Shown here one piece after another: positions 1 through 13,636 of a stretch of 64,000 nucleotides of DNA. The notes under the pieces are model-generated. The model was given only the letters and a program-made list of their open reading frames with translations, searched no databases and was not told where the DNA came from. Origin of the DNA: Squalus acanthias (Eukaryota); the NCBI GenBank assembly GCA_030390025.1, contig CM059433.1, forward strand, positions 7,628,001-7,692,000, written 5' to 3'. How positions within the stretch are numbered: position 1 is the first letter of the stretch; every line of letters starts with the position of its first letter. A program made the translations under genes and the position numbers.

Positions 1-384
1 GTTATTAGCAAGGATATACTTACTGCAGAATCTGGTTTAAAGATCAAGGCATAGTAAATTACTGATAATGGCAAAAAAAATCACTATTTACACTGGCTGT
101 TTGCCTGGACAATGAAACTTAAATCAGATAAACAGTACACTCACAGGAGGGTTAAATCCTCCTAAAAGTTCTCTATTTATCCCTCCTTTTATAATTCCAG
201 AAATAAAGCTCTGCATTATTCATTTTTATATAGATTTTTAATATAGATTTCACTCCAATTTTCATTTCTAAGCTGCTGACTCCTGTTGGGGTGTGGTTCA
301 ATGAACATCGACAGCCCGCCAGTATCTAATTCATGTCCATTTTTTGTGTTTGAACAAAGATGCTGAGTGTTGACTGGCTTTTCG

Positions 385-650
385 ACCATGGGAGGCATTA
401 CAGCTGAGCCAGTCCTGTTCTCACTCAATGTCCACATACATGCACTTTTTAGAAGGGGAATCAGTGGATGGTGATCAGGAGTGGGAATTCTGGCTGATTC
501 TCCCTCCCAGCCCAGAGGTACGGAGGACTCTTGTACTGCCCTAGATAAGCCAATGGAACTCAGTCCAGGGACCAAATCTGGGGTCTTTCCAGTCTGCATC
601 GATCTGTGTCTCACACCAGGCAGTACCTTTACTCACAAAGCCATCAGCAA
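385..650 (-). repeat. Old SINE-like repeat, related to 54510-55630
   Basis: Reverse-complement similarity by eye to the repeat flanking MITE copy 3. Confidence 0.45.
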
Positions 651-679
651 AGCTACACTTTGTAGACAGTTAGGGGAGG

Positions 680-2772
680 GGGGGAGAAATTGGGTACTTT
701 TGTGCCTCCAGTTATCGCCTCTGGGGGGCGATAACGGGGCGCTAACCACTTAGCGCCCGGGCGCGGCGAGAAGATCACCTCCCGCGATATTCGGCAGGAG
801 GTTTGCGGTGGCGGTACGGCACTGTGCCCTGATATCCTTCACCCGGAGATCGTGGCGTCATCGCCGTGCGCATCGCCCCCGGACCCCAACTTCGGTTCCG
901 CCCCCTGCAGCATCGCCGGGCGGAAACACCGGCAGCAGCAGGAGGCGTCCATCGGGAGGCCGGGCGCTTCGGGGGCGATACTTAAAGGCGAGGTGGCCGA
1001 GGTAGGGAAAAAAAGAATCAAATGCTCGTTTTCTGTGTTTTTTTCCCTTCTTTCCCCAGCGATCGATCAGCCCGGCTCTCTGCTGCAGTGCATCGGGCTG
1101 ATCGAGCCGGATCGCGGCTGCCGTCGGGGACCAGGTAAGTTTTCCCCCTTGCAGAGCCTGCAGCGATGGCCCTTCCCTTTAAGGGAGGGAACATAAGAAC
1201 ATAAGAAATAGGAGCAGGAATAGGCCACTTGGCCCCTCGAGCCTGCTCCACCATTCAATAAGATCATGGCTGATCTTGGGCTCAAAGCCACTTCCCAGCC
1301 CACTCCCCATAACCCTTCACTCCCTTATCTTGCAAAAATCTGTCTATCTCCACCTTAAATGTATTTAATGACCCAGCCTCCACGGCTCTCTGGGGCAGAG
1401 AATTCCACAGATTTACAACCCTCTGAGAGAAGAAATTCCTCCCCATCTCAGTTCTAAAAGGGCGACCCTTTATTCTGAAACTATGCCCCCGAGTTCTAGA
1501 TTCCCCCACGAGGGGAAACATCCTCTCTGCATCTACCTTGTCGAGCCCCCTCAGTATCTTATATGTTTCAATAAGATCACCTCTCATTCTTCTAAACTCC
1601 AATGAGTATAGGCCCAACCTGCTCAACCTTTTTTCATAAGTCAACCCCCTCATCTCTGGAATTAACCTAGTGAATCGTCTCTGAACTGCCTCCAATGCAA
1701 GTATATCCTTCCTTAAATAAGGAGACCAAAACTGTACGCAGTACTCAAGGTGTGGTCTCACCAATACCCTGTACAGTTGTAGCAGGACTTCCCTGCTTTT
1801 ATACTCCAACCCCCTTGCAATAAAGGCCAACATTCCATTTGCCTTTTTGATTACTTGCTGCACCTGCATGCTAACTTTTTGTGTTTCATGCACAAGGACC
1901 CCCAGGTCCCTCTGAACTGTAGCATTTTGTAATCTCTCTCCATTTAAATAATAATTTGCTTTTTTATTTTTCCTGCCAAAGTGGATAACCTCGCACTTTC
2001 CCACATTATACTCCATCTGCCAAATGTTTGCCCATTCACTTAGCCTGTCTATATCCCTTTGCAGATTCTTTGAGTCCTTTGCACAACTTGCTTTCCCACC
2101 CATCTTTGTATCATCCGCAAACTTAGCTACATTACACTCAGTCCCTTCATCCAAGTCATTAATGTAGATTATAAATAGTTGAGGCCCCAGCACCGATCCC
2201 TGTGGCACCCCACTAGTTACTGTTTGCCAACTGGAAAATGACCCATTTATCCCGACTCTCTGCTTTCTGTTAGTTAGCCAATTCTCTATCCATGCTAATA
2301 TATTCCTCCCAACTCCGTGAGCTCTTATCTTATGCAGTAACCTTTTATGTGGCACCTTATCGAATGCCTTCTGGAAATCCAAATACACCACATCCACTGG
2401 CTCACCTTTATCCACCCTGCTCGTTACATCCTCAAAGAACTCCAGCAAATTTGTTAAACATGATTTCCCTTTCATAAAACTATGCTGACTCTGCTTGACT
2501 GCATTATGATTTTCCAAATGCCCTGCTACTGGGGAGGAGCCTTCCAACGCGGCAGCGCTGCACGGCCCATTGTACAGCGCTGCTCACCTACCGCCTGCTG
2601 CTTGTCGCGCTCCAGGAAGGAAGTGGCGGGGTGATTTAGCGCTTGATCCACTTCCTTCCTGGAGCTCAAACCCCAAATTTTTTAAAAGTGGAGAAACGTT
2701 AGCGCCTGGCGCTAATTTTTTCAACTTTTAAAAGTTAGCGCCCGAAATAGGGTTATGCTGAATTTCTCCCCC
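680..2772. mobile_element. GC-rich Harbinger-type MITE split by CR1
   Basis: TIR ggggagaaatt / aatttctcccc; collinear with the intact copy at 8020-8747. Confidence 0.75.
1190..2531 (-). mobile_element. 5'-truncated CR1 LINE with open 421-aa RT frame
   Basis: ORF 1282-2547 with YLDFQKAFDKV, GVPQGSVLGP, KFADD; (TTCTTATG)n tail. Inserted in a GC-rich MITE. Confidence 0.95.
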
Positions 2773-2959
2773 TTCATACCCGATTGCACAGGTTTTAGTA
2801 GAACATGTTTTTGCACATAATGGGAAATACATTTGCCCACATGGAAACAGCATTAGTACATTAGCAGATGGAATTAAGATAGAGATCAGCCATGATCTAA
2901 TTGAATGGGCTCGATGGGCTGAATGGCCTACTCCATTGTATGTAATCCTATATCACATA

Positions 2960-3601
2960 CAAGGTGGTGCAATGAAGGTTCACTTGATTGATTCCTGGGA
3001 TGAGAGGGCTGTCCTATGAGGAGAGATTGAGTAGATTCAGCCTATTCTCTCTGGAGTTTAGAAGAATGAGAGGTGATCTCATTGAAACATACAAGATTCT
3101 GAAGGGGATTGACAGGGTAGATGCTGAGAGGTTGTTCCCCTGGCTGGAGTGTCTAGAACTAGGGTGCATAGTCTCAGGATAAGGGGTAGGCCATTTAGAA
3201 TTTGGACGAGGAGGAATTTCTTCACTCAGAGGGTTGTGAATCTTTGGAATTCTCTACCCCAAAGGGCTGTGGATGCTGAATCGTTGAATATATTCAAGAA
3301 AGAAAAGACTTGCATTTATATAGCGCCTTTCACGACCACCGGACGTCTCAAAGCGCTTTACAACCAATGAAGTACTTTTTGAAGTGTAGTCACTGTTGTA
3401 ATGTGGGAAACGCGGCAGCCAATTTGCGCACAGCAAGCTCCCACAAACAGCAATGTGATAATGACCAGATAATCAGTTTTTGTTATGTTGGTTGAGGGAT
3501 AAATATTGGCCAGGACACCGGGGATAACTCCCCTGCTCTTCTTCGAAATGGTGCCATGGGATCTTTTACGTCCACCTGAGAGAGCAGACGGGGCCTCGGT
3601 T
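2960..3601. mobile_element. CR1 3' fragment (+) abutting a SINE (-)
   Basis: SLEFRRMRGDLIETYKIL peptide at 2988-3182; SINE tail from 3299. Confidence 0.85.
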
Positions 3602-3844
3602 AGTAACAGGAAGTTAGTAACAGGAAGCCCGGGAGTACGGGTTCCCCGAATGTCCTGCAGTTTTAAATTTTTTTCTGTAGGTTTCCTGCCCACACCCAGC
3701 CTGCTTGACAGGCGGGAAAGCCTGCAGCGAGCTGAGAGCAGGTATGTCTAGTTGGGGGTGGGAGAGATCGTGGAGGGGGGGTCTGATCGCAGGGGGGCGG
3801 GGAGGGGGGGCAGATGGTGGCCGGGGGAGGGAGGTGGTGGCTGG

Positions 3845-5640
3845 GTGTCGTCAGCATACATGTGGGACCTGACGTCGTGTTTCGGATGTCGCCGCCGAGG
3901 GGCTAGATGAGAAATAGGAGGAGGCCAAGGATAGAGATGGGGGGACTCCAGAGGCAACCGTGCGGGTGCGGAAACAGTTGCAGGTGATTCTCTGGCTATG
4001 GGTGGATAGATAAAAATGAAACCTGTGGAATTCTCTACCACAGAAGGCAGTTGAGGCCAATTCATTAAATATATTCAAGAAGGAGTTAGATATATTTCTT
4101 AAGGCTAAAGGGATCAAGGGATATGGGGAGAAAGCAGGGACAGGGTACTGAATTTGGATGATCAGCCATGATCTCATTAAATGGCGGAACAGGCTCGAGG
4201 GGCCGAATGGCCTACTCCTGCTCCTATCTTCTATGTTTCTATGGAAGCAGGCGAGGGCAGTCCCACCCAGCTGGATGATGGAGGAGAGGTATTAGAGAAG
4301 GATGGTTTGGTCAACCGTGTCAAAGGCTGCAGACAGGTCGAGAAGGATGAGGAGGGATAGTTTACCATGGTCACAGTCACATAGGATGTAATTTTTTACT
4401 TTGATAAGGGCCGTTTCAGTACTGTGGCTGGGTGGAAACCTGATTGGAGGGATTCAAACATTGAGTTGCGGGAAAGATGGGCACGGATTTGGGAGGCGAC
4501 AGCACGTTCTGGGACTTGAGAGGAAATGGAGGTTGGAGATGGGGCAGTAGTTTGCTAGGACAGAGGGGTCAAGGGTGTTTTTTTTTTGAGGAGGGGGTGA
4601 TGACAGCAGATTTGAAGGGGAGGGGGACAGTACATGAGGAGTGGGAACCGTTAACGATTTCAGCTAACATGGGGGCCAGGAAGCGAAGTTGGGTGGTCAG
4701 CAGTTTGGTGGGAATAGGGTTGAGGGAATAGGAGGTGGGTCTCATAGACAAGATGAGCTTGGAGAGGGCATTAGGGGAGATAGGAGAGAAACTAGAGAGG
4801 TGCGAGTTCAGAGATAGAGCAGGGGGGAATCTTAGGGGAAGTTTGGCCCGGTGGGCATGGGGAAGGGAGGGAAGCAGCTGAACGGATGGTCTCAATAATA
4901 TCAAAAAGTCCATGAGCTCCTCGCACTTGTTGGAGGGGGGGGTGGAGGAGGCAGGGAGAGAGGTTTAAGAAGATGGTTTGTATTGGAGAAGAGAAGCTCT
5001 GCATTACCTTTGCATTCCAGGATGATCCTGACATAGTGAGCAGTTTTGGCAGAGGAGAGCAGGACCCGATAGTGCTTTATGTGGTCCAGCCAGATCTGGT
5101 GATGAATGACCAGTTGTCCACCATAAACGTTCAAATCTGTGTCGCTTGGACTTCAATGAGCGAAGATGAGGGCCATACCAGGGGGAACGACCATGGTGAG
5201 AGAGAGTAATGGTTTTAATGGGGACAAGGGTATCAAAGGTGGAGGTGAGCGTGTGATTGACCAAATCGGAAGCTGCAGAAATATCGTGGCGAGTAGAGGG
5301 TCAAAGGCTAGACAGTTGGGAATTTGCAAGTGCAGTTATAAGTGACATGGGGGAGAGTTTTTCTAGGGACAGACACAGAGGGAAGGGGAAGGGGGATGTG
5401 GGTGGAGAGTGATACAAGGAAGTAATCAGAGATGGCCTTATCAGTGACTGACACGATGGGAGTAGAGCGGCCACGTGAGATGGCAAAGTCAAGGGAGTGG
5501 CGTGAATATGTGTAAGGGAGGTTATGTGGAGGGAGAGATTAAGGGAGATTAGCAGGCAGTGAACTCAGAGGAGAGAGTGCATGATGAGTTGAGATGGAGG
5601 TTGAAATCACCGAGGAGCAGATGTTGCTTGGTGCAGAGGC
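3845..5640 (-). mobile_element. Decayed L2-like LINE with a CR1 3' fragment inserted (~4020-4243)
   Basis: HMYADDTQ (3851-4065 region) and LNPIPTKLL motifs; CR1 tail at 4230-4243. Confidence 0.75.
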
Positions 5641-6832
5641 AAGAATATTTAACATACTAATATAATAATCTCAAGGGATGTGAAACAGTAAGAATAAACC
5701 ATTCTTTATTTCTTAAATTCATTACTGAGTAAATAATCATCAGTTGGAGACACAAACGATTAATTCAAACAATTCAATTAAAGCCATCATCAATCAGACT
5801 CCATAAAAATGAATACTTTTCACTGCAGGTATTCCCAAAAGGCAGAATCAACAACTCGATCTCCTCCATCTAAAAGAACTAATGAATGTCGAGAGCCCAC
5901 CAGTACCCAATTCAAGTATCCATTGATGTTTGGAATTCAGGAGTTGTCACGGTACAACCTCTTAAAGTGGTGGCCTGCGAAACTAGCCACAACAGGAGTA
6001 CCATCTATTATTCCCCAGACTCTATGAAAGCAAAGCACGGCAGCAAAATCCAAATAAGTTCTCTATTCATTTGCCTTTGTTAATTTTTCTTTCCTTAAAG
6101 TGCAATTTGTCATCTCTGTTTGAATAAAACAAAGGCATATGTTCAGCATTGCTAAAGCTCCAAATGATGTGGCTTTTATGAGGTGGCCTGAGTATATAAT
6201 ATCTATGGGTGGCTGAAATACGGCCCAAGCATAGAGAATGAGAACAGTTCTGACCTTCATTGCGACCAGACAGATGTGTCGCTGTGAGGGGAAGCACCGA
6301 GCAGAAGCCAGGTATTTTCTTACAGAGAGGCAAAATAAGAGGAGAGTCCTGGCTGGGCTGCTCTTGTCGACCTTTCCGTGGTTGATTCAGTGCAGTGCTA
6401 GTGAAGGCCGAAGGCAGTGTGACAGCAGATTGAGAGTATAGCTAACAGGGAATTCACTGGAGGTTTTGGTTTTTAATGTCTGTTCAAACTGGATGAACTT
6501 TGGGAAATGAAGTGAAGATTGGTCTCTAACACTCCCAACAAGTGGATTTTCTGATGACCATGGATACAAGTGGTGTAATAGATCAATCATGTTAGTTGCC
6601 CGAAGATAAATGTGAGCATTTGCTCAAGGTTACATAACAGCAGGGCCCAGTACCACAACCATCAAAATTCTGAATACTGGATCTGGTACTTTTACCTCAC
6701 TTGGCCAAGAGTATGGTTTACCCCCAATTTTTCCAGATAAACTAGAGGAAGACCACATTTACCGGGAGCAAATGAGGTGAAATCTATTTAAGCTAATACA
6801 GTAAAAAGAGTAAAGTAAAATCCATCCATGAT

Positions 6833-7092
6833 CCTGAGACCTCTCAGCATCTACCCTGTCAATTCCCTTCAGAATCTTGTATGTTTCAATGAGATCCTCT
6901 CTCATTCTTCTAAACTCCAGAGAGTATAGGCCCAATCTACACAATCTCTCATCATAGGACAGCCCTCTCATCCCAGGAATCAATCTAGTGAACCTTTGTT
7001 GCACCGCCTCCAAGGCAAGTATATCCTTCCTTAGATAAGGAGACCAAAACTGTGCGCAGTACTCCAGGTGTGGTCTCACCAAGGCCCTGTGC
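6833..7092 (-). mobile_element. CR1 ORF2 fragment
   Basis: [26 protein letters not shown]. Confidence 0.88.
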
Positions 7093-7380
7093 ATTGGGTT
7101 TTTACTTTCTTTTAAAAGCAGCAGCTTGTCGCTTTCTTTCAATTAGACATGGAAGTCACCTGGCTGTGGTTAAAAACAGCAACTTTTACTTGTCACAAAA
7201 GTGGCTTCATCCAGTTTGGCCCCACACGGTCATTGTCAAATTGGAAACGAGGCAATTTCTCAGCAAACCAAAAGTTATGGATATTAAATAATCTGCTTTA
7301 CAATTTCTTCCATGGTTCCTGCATGGTTGAGTGAGAAAGTTTGAAACACTTCCTTGGCTACTCTTTGATATAGCCTAGTT

Positions 7381-7922
7381 CAGTGGTTCTCAAACTGGGG
7401 TCTGTAGAGACTTTCCAGGGGGTCCGCAACGACTTCCGGGGGGTCCGCAAAATAACATGGAAGTGCGGCCGGTGGCGTATTTGATGTGAGATGGGAGGCG
7501 GGAGCGGGGTGCGGCCGTCACATGTGCAGCGCGGAGTGGGCGTGCATGGAGGAGCGCTGAGAGTGGCATGAAGATCGCCAGAAGAGGAGCTGGTGGAACT
7601 GTCCTGTAACCGATCGCTCAAACTTTCTTCCCACACCATCTGTTGATCCCCTACCTTAGGGACACTTTCCCTCCCTCATCTGGGGAAAAACATCACACCA
7701 AGGATAGACAGACTCTGCAGTGAGAAGCAAGCACACCGAGCTCACTGATATCTGTAATGAAATACCTGTTTTCTTAAAAGCATTATTAAAATACTCTTTA
7801 CATACAGCACTTGCATATTATGAGTATTATATAGTATTATAATTTAGATGGGGGGGGGGGGTCCGTGATTACTAACCCATTTGAAAAGCGGTCCTTCAAA
7901 CAAAAATGTTTGAGAACCATTG
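7381..7922. mobile_element. Non-autonomous hAT (Buster/Charlie-type) MITE
   Basis: TIRs cagtggttctcaaac / gtttgagaaccattg; 8-bp TSD gcctagtt/gtctagtt with central TA. Confidence 0.9.
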
Positions 7923-8019
7923 GTCTAGTTGCCAATTATAGAGACACCTCGTCAGATGCCAGGCAGTAAGTGTTTGCAGGATATGAAGGGAGGGAGAGGG
8001 GGAAAATTAGGAACATCAT

Positions 8020-8747
8020 GGGGGGGAAATTGGGTGCCTTTGCGACTCTCGTTAGCGCCCCCGGGGGCGCAAATGGCTTTGCGACCGGGCGCGGCGCTGA
8101 CATCGACGCGGGAGTTTTGCGGCGGCGCTACGGCGATGCACCCCGATCTCCTTCGCCCGGAGAGCGTGACATCACTGCCGTGCGCATCGCCCCGTTAGCG
8201 CCCTGGACCCGAAATTGACTTTCGCCCACTGCAGCAGCGCCGGGCGAAAACACTGACAGCTGCAGGAGGCGTGCATCAGGTTGTCGGCCGCTTCGGGGGG
8301 CGATGATTAAAGGCGAGGTGGCCGAGATAAGTAAAAAAAACAAACAACAACTTACCTTTCCTGCTGGTGTTTTTTTCGCGGGTTGCTGCCCGCGATCGAT
8401 CAGCCCGGCACTCAATCAGCTGGATCGCGGCTGCCTTGGTGGTCCAGGTAGGTAATGTTTCCATTGCAGAGCCTGCAGTGATGGCCCTTCCCTTTAAGGG
8501 AGGGAAGGAGCCTTTGAACGCAGCAGCGCTGCACGGCCCAGTGTGCAGCGCTGCTGAAATCTCCGCCCCGATATTCGGGATTAGCGCTCCAAGAAGGAAG
8601 TGGAGCGCTTGATTTAGCACTCTACCTCCCTCTTGGGGCGCTAAAACTGAATTTCGCGGTTACTGGCGCTAATTAGCGCTGGGCGCTAAAGTTTGTGCCC
8701 AGGCGATGTTAGCGCCCCAAAATGGTCGATACCGAATTCCCCCCCCG
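8020..8747. mobile_element. GC-rich Harbinger-type MITE
   Basis: TIR ggggggaaatt / gaattcccccc; repeated TTAGCGCC/GGCGCTAA subterminal motifs. Confidence 0.75.
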
Positions 8748-9434
8748 CCCCATTTATTTTTTAAAAATGGATTGGTCCCTCTTTCTATTCAGTTCCTGGT
8801 CGGTAAAGAGAGCGAGAGGTCACACACCTCCCCCAGGGAAAGAGAAAATTGGATAGAGAGCACAATATAGTGTACAGTTTTGGGGTGGCGGGCAACGGTG
8901 GACGTCTGTACAGGATGGATTACTGGGCTCAGAATTTCTGAGAAACATGGTTTGCTAAATTAAAAGGGTGACATCCAGCTACTCAAACTAACTTGTTCCA
9001 AAATTTCGAGGGTCAGAGCCTGAGAAAAGTCTGAAGTGCTCAAAAAGCAGAGTGCAGTAACAATCGAGCCTCTGCAGAAAAACCGAATGCACTCTTCTTG
9101 ACTAAAATAGAATCAGCTGGAAGTTCTCTGCGGTCACAAGCACATTTGTCATGGAATATCCAGACATGTGGAAAATTTATGAGTACTTTCTTTGGAGAGA
9201 TTATTTGCATGGGTGAATGCCATGAATTCAGAATTCTGACAGTGTTCTGCTTTCCTGCCAAATGTTTGGCAATCAAATAATTTTTCTTTCGAGAGACTCT
9301 GTTGCAATAGCAACAGTGGAGGCAATCTTGTGCCGTCTTGTCCGATAAAGTCTGCTTAAGTTATCTTTCTTGAGAAGGATCGTTTTCCATGTAAAGGCGA
9401 GAAAGTAAATGTGTTTGGACGATTAATGTTGGAT

Positions 9435-10172
9435 GGCCCGAAATTTGCAGACGGGATTCCACCTTTGAAACTGACCGCAACTTCGGGATTTGGTGCATGC
9501 GCCATCCCAAAGTTGCGGTCCGTCAACGACAGCTCCGAAACTGGCTGCACTGTGCCCACCCCACCCCCACTCCGCCCCCCCACCCCAGAGCCAGCAATCA
9601 GTGAAATCTCGTAAATCAGGGAAACTGATGAAAACTTAGGCTCTTCCGCGATAATTATGCTGTTAAATTCCCTACTAAAAGTTAGACCCAAAGGGATTAG
9701 GTGTGACTGGGGTTTTAACAGCGTATTGACTGCTAAACACATGTTTAGGGCCTGGAAAATGAATGATAATTTAGTGCCGTGTGAAATTTGTCCATTTTAA
9801 TAAAAAGTTAAATTTTTAAGGAAATTTTCAAAAAAAAATTTTTTTTTTTTATTTGTCCATCTTTATTTCAGGTTTGCCTTTTCCCCATGTGAGAGCCACA
9901 ATCTTTCCTTTAAAAAGTTAGAATTTTAGGGGCTTACCCACTTCCTTGTTCGCTGTCTGTGAGAACTCCGCCTTTTGATTGGCTGCTTACGCAGCCTGTT
10001 GATGTCACAACAGTTCACACAGGGGATCCCCACTAAGTTCCGTTGAATTGAATTGTGGGTCGGAAAACCCGAAGCTCTCAACACGGAATCGGATTGTGAG
10101 ATCCTTGTGTGGAGCGTACTTCGGGGCCAGCAGCGAATGCCTTCTCTTCACCGCTGACCGCAAATTCCGGCC
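9435..10172. mobile_element. MITE, Harbinger-type TIR
   Basis: ggcccgaaatttgc / gcaaattccggcc; GC-rich ends and AT-rich core. Confidence 0.65.
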
Positions 10173-11358
10173 TATATTAATCCATAAAGTCTGGTCTATT
10201 TGTTGGCTTAAGAAAGTTGCCCAATCCTCTAGGGCTTGAGTGTCCAAACTATAGCTTGGGATTATACGTGGCTCACGAGCCCTGGCAATCCAGCCCATTG
10301 AGCTCATGCAACTCAGTTCTATTTATGTTTTTATTTCTTACTGGCTGTTTTGTCCTCTTTGAATTTCATTGTCCGTTCTATGCACTGTTTCCACATTGGT
10401 GTATAAATCCCAAATCAGAACACCAAGACCTATGAGAGATATGCAAATTCATCAGAACATGAAAGAAAATCTTGCATTCATTTAGTGCACTTCACGTCCT
10501 CGGGACGTTCAGAGCACTTCACAACCAATTAATTACTTTGTAGACAAGATGCAGTGGCTAATTTACACATAGTAAGGTCACATAAACAGCAATGCAAAGA
10601 TTTGACCAGTTAATATCATAGTGCCATGGCACTTTTTGCATCTACCTGAACAGGCGGTTGTCTCATCTGAAAGACGGCACCTCCAACAATGTAGTGCTCC
10701 CTCAGTACTGCACTGAAGCATCAGCCTAGATTATGCGCTCAAGTGGGATTTGAACGAACAACCTTCTGACTCAGAGTGAGAGGGCTACCACTGAACCAAG
10801 CTAGCACATGGATTTAAACGTTGTATGTGGCCGACAAAGCTCTACGGGATGCACTCAAGAGGTCCATGAAGACAAGAAGTATTCCAACTCTCATGGAAGT
10901 ATTCATGACCGACACCACAGGAGAAACCTGTAGTCAAGGCAGAAAACATAAAATTCAATTGGACAGAATTGTTTGCTATGATAAATATTGGTAGAAGTAT
11001 GGAGATATTTAAAAACCTTGTATGTGAGTCTATCACTAAGAAGGAAGGATTTTGGTTTCCATTAAAGACATTGTGTATTGTGGGGGGTTATGTAGCTAAC
11101 AATCCTAACTGAGAAAAATATGGCATGCAAACGTCATATGGTGGCATGGGAATGTTCTGCTGACTGAGCCTTACTTAGCCAGATAACAATACACATGTCC
11201 CGCCTCCTGTAAGGGTACCCATTAAAGAAGAAATCTATAAACACTTGCAGTTGTTGTTGAGGAAGATCTGCTAGCTTTGTATAGGGATATCAAATCAACG
11301 GTAATATGGGCAATAAAGGATTAGAGAGATATTCAATTTCCCACTGTAGAGGCTCACC

Positions 11359-13495
11359 AACAACAACAACTTGTATTTATATAGCGCCTTTAACGTAGTA
11401 AAACGTCCCAAGGCGCTGCACAGGAGTATTGTAAGACCAAAAATTTGACACCGAGCCACATAAGGATAAATTAGGGCAGGTGACCAAAAGCTTGGTCAAA
11501 GAGGTAGGTTTTAAGGAGCGTCTTAAAGGAGGAAAGAGAGGTAGAGAGGCGGACAGGTTTAGGCAGGGAATTCCAGAGCTTAGGGCCTAGGCAACAGAAG
11601 GCACGGCCACCAATGGTTGAGCGATTATAATCAGGGATGCTCAAGAGGGCAGAATTAGAGGAGCGCAGATATCTCGGGGGGTGGGGGGGGGGGGGGGGGA
11701 GATTGTGGGGCTGAAGGAGATTACAGAGATAGGAAGGGGCGAGACCATGAAGGGATTTGAAAACAAGGATGAGAATTTTGAAATCGAGGCGCTGCTTAAC
11801 CGGGAGCCAATGTAGGTCAGCGAGCACGGGGTGATGGGCGAACGGGACTTGGTGCGAGTTAGGACACGGGCAGCCGGGTTTTGGATGACCTCAAGTTTAC
11901 GTAGGGTGGAATGTGGGAGGCCAGCCAGGAGTGCGTTGGAATAGTCAAGTCTAGAGGTCTTCTTAGGCAGTCCCTCGGAACCGAAGATGACTTGCTTCCA
12001 CATTAAAAATGAGTTCTCAGGTGACTGATGAGTCCAATGCGGGACCTACAGTCTCTGTCACAGGTGGGGCAGACGGTGGTTGAAGGGGCGGGAGGGTGGG
12101 GTGCTGGGGTTGACGTGCGCTCCTCCCGCTGTTTGCGCTTGGCTTCCACTTGCTCCGGCGAAGAGACTCGAGGTATTCGGCGCCTTCCCGGATGCCTCTC
12201 CTCCACTTTGTGCGGTCTTGGGCCAGGGATTCCCAGGTGTCGGTGGGGATGTTGCACTTTTTCAAGGAGGCTTTGAGGGTGTCCTTGAAGCGTTTCCTCT
12301 GCCCACCTGGGGCTCTCTTGCCGTGTCGGAGCTCCGAGTAGAGCGCTTGTTTTGGGAATCTCGTATCGGGCATGCGGACGGTGTGACCCGTCCATCGGAG
12401 CTGATCGAGCGTAGTCAAAGCTTCGATGCTGGGGATGTTGGCCTGAGCGAGAACACTGATGTTGGTGCGCCTATCCTGCCAATGGATTTGCAGGATCTTG
12501 CGGAGGCACCGTTGGTGGTACCTCTCCAGTACTTTGAGGTGCCTGCTGTACATGGTCCATGTCTCTGAGGCATACAGGAGGGCAGGTATTACTACTGCTC
12601 TGTAGACCATGAGCTTGGTGCCGGGTTTGAGGTCCTGGTCTTCAAACACTCTCTTCCTCAGGCAACCGAAGGCTGCACTGGCACACTGAAGGCGGTGTTG
12701 GACTTCGTCATCGACGTCTGCCCTTGTTGACAGTAGGCTCCCAAGGTATGGAAAGTAGTCCACATTGTCCAAGGCCTTGTCGTGGATTTTGATAATCGGG
12801 GGGCAGTACTGTGTGGCGGGGGCAGGTTGGTAGAGGACCTTTGTCTTACGGATGTTTAGTGTAAGGCCTATGCTCTCGTACGCTTCAGTGAAGGTGTTAA
12901 CGATGGTTTGGAGTTCAACCTCCGAGTGTGCGCTGACGCAAGCGTCGTTTGCATACTGTAATTCAACGACAGAGGAAGGGATGACCTTGGATCTGGACTG
13001 GAGGCGACGGAGGTTGAACAGTTTCCCGTTTGTTCTGTAAATTAGCTCCACTCCAGCGGGGAGCTTACTGAGGGTGAGATCATTGCCGCAAGGAAGATCG
13101 AGAAGAGCGTTGGTGCGATGACACAGCCTTGCTTGATATAACAAAGGCATTGATGAGGGTTTCAGCAGTGGATGAACTCAGGCAAGGGCGGAGACGGGCG
13201 ATGTTACGGAGGTGGAAGTAGGCGGTCTTTGTTATGCTGCGGATATGTGGTCGGAAGCTCATTTCAGAGTCAAATATGACACCAAGGTTGCGAACAGTCT
13301 GGTTCAGCCTCAGACAGATATTAGGGAGAGGGATGAAGTCAGTGGCTAGGGAGCGGAGTTTGTGGCGGGGACTGAAAACAATGGCTTCAGTCTTCCCAAT
13401 ATTTAATTGGAGAAAATTATTGCTCATCCACAACTGAATGTCGGACAAGCTGTCTGACAATTTAGAGACCGTGGAGGGCTCGAGAGAAGAGGTTG
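11359..13495 (-). mobile_element. L2-like LINE 3' fragment interrupted by RTE
   Basis: LQLNIGKTEAIVF, NLGVIFDS, LHWLPV...FKILILVFK, PKLWNSLP; (TTG)n tail shared with the SINE. Confidence 0.88.
11959..13139 (-). mobile_element. RTE-clade (BovB-like) LINE 3' fragment
   Basis: GKLFNLRRL, LQYANDA (YADD decayed), FPYLGSLLS, LLYASETWT, C-terminal CPTC...SHLRTH zinc finger. Confidence 0.92.
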
Positions 13496-13636
13496 AAGTA
13501 ATAGGATCTAAATGGACCAGCACCACCTACATAACTATAGCGACTGCACCTCAAAAGTATTTCATTGGTTGTGAAACATTTTGAATTGTCCAGAGGATGT
13601 GATAAGGCATGATCTAAAAAGGTTATTTCCCAGTGT

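Noticed and set aside
680..1190. CpG-island-like GC-rich blocks as promoters (also 8020, 27590)
   Set aside because: Bounded by TIRs and repeated in the window, so they are MITEs; their ORFs are spurious.
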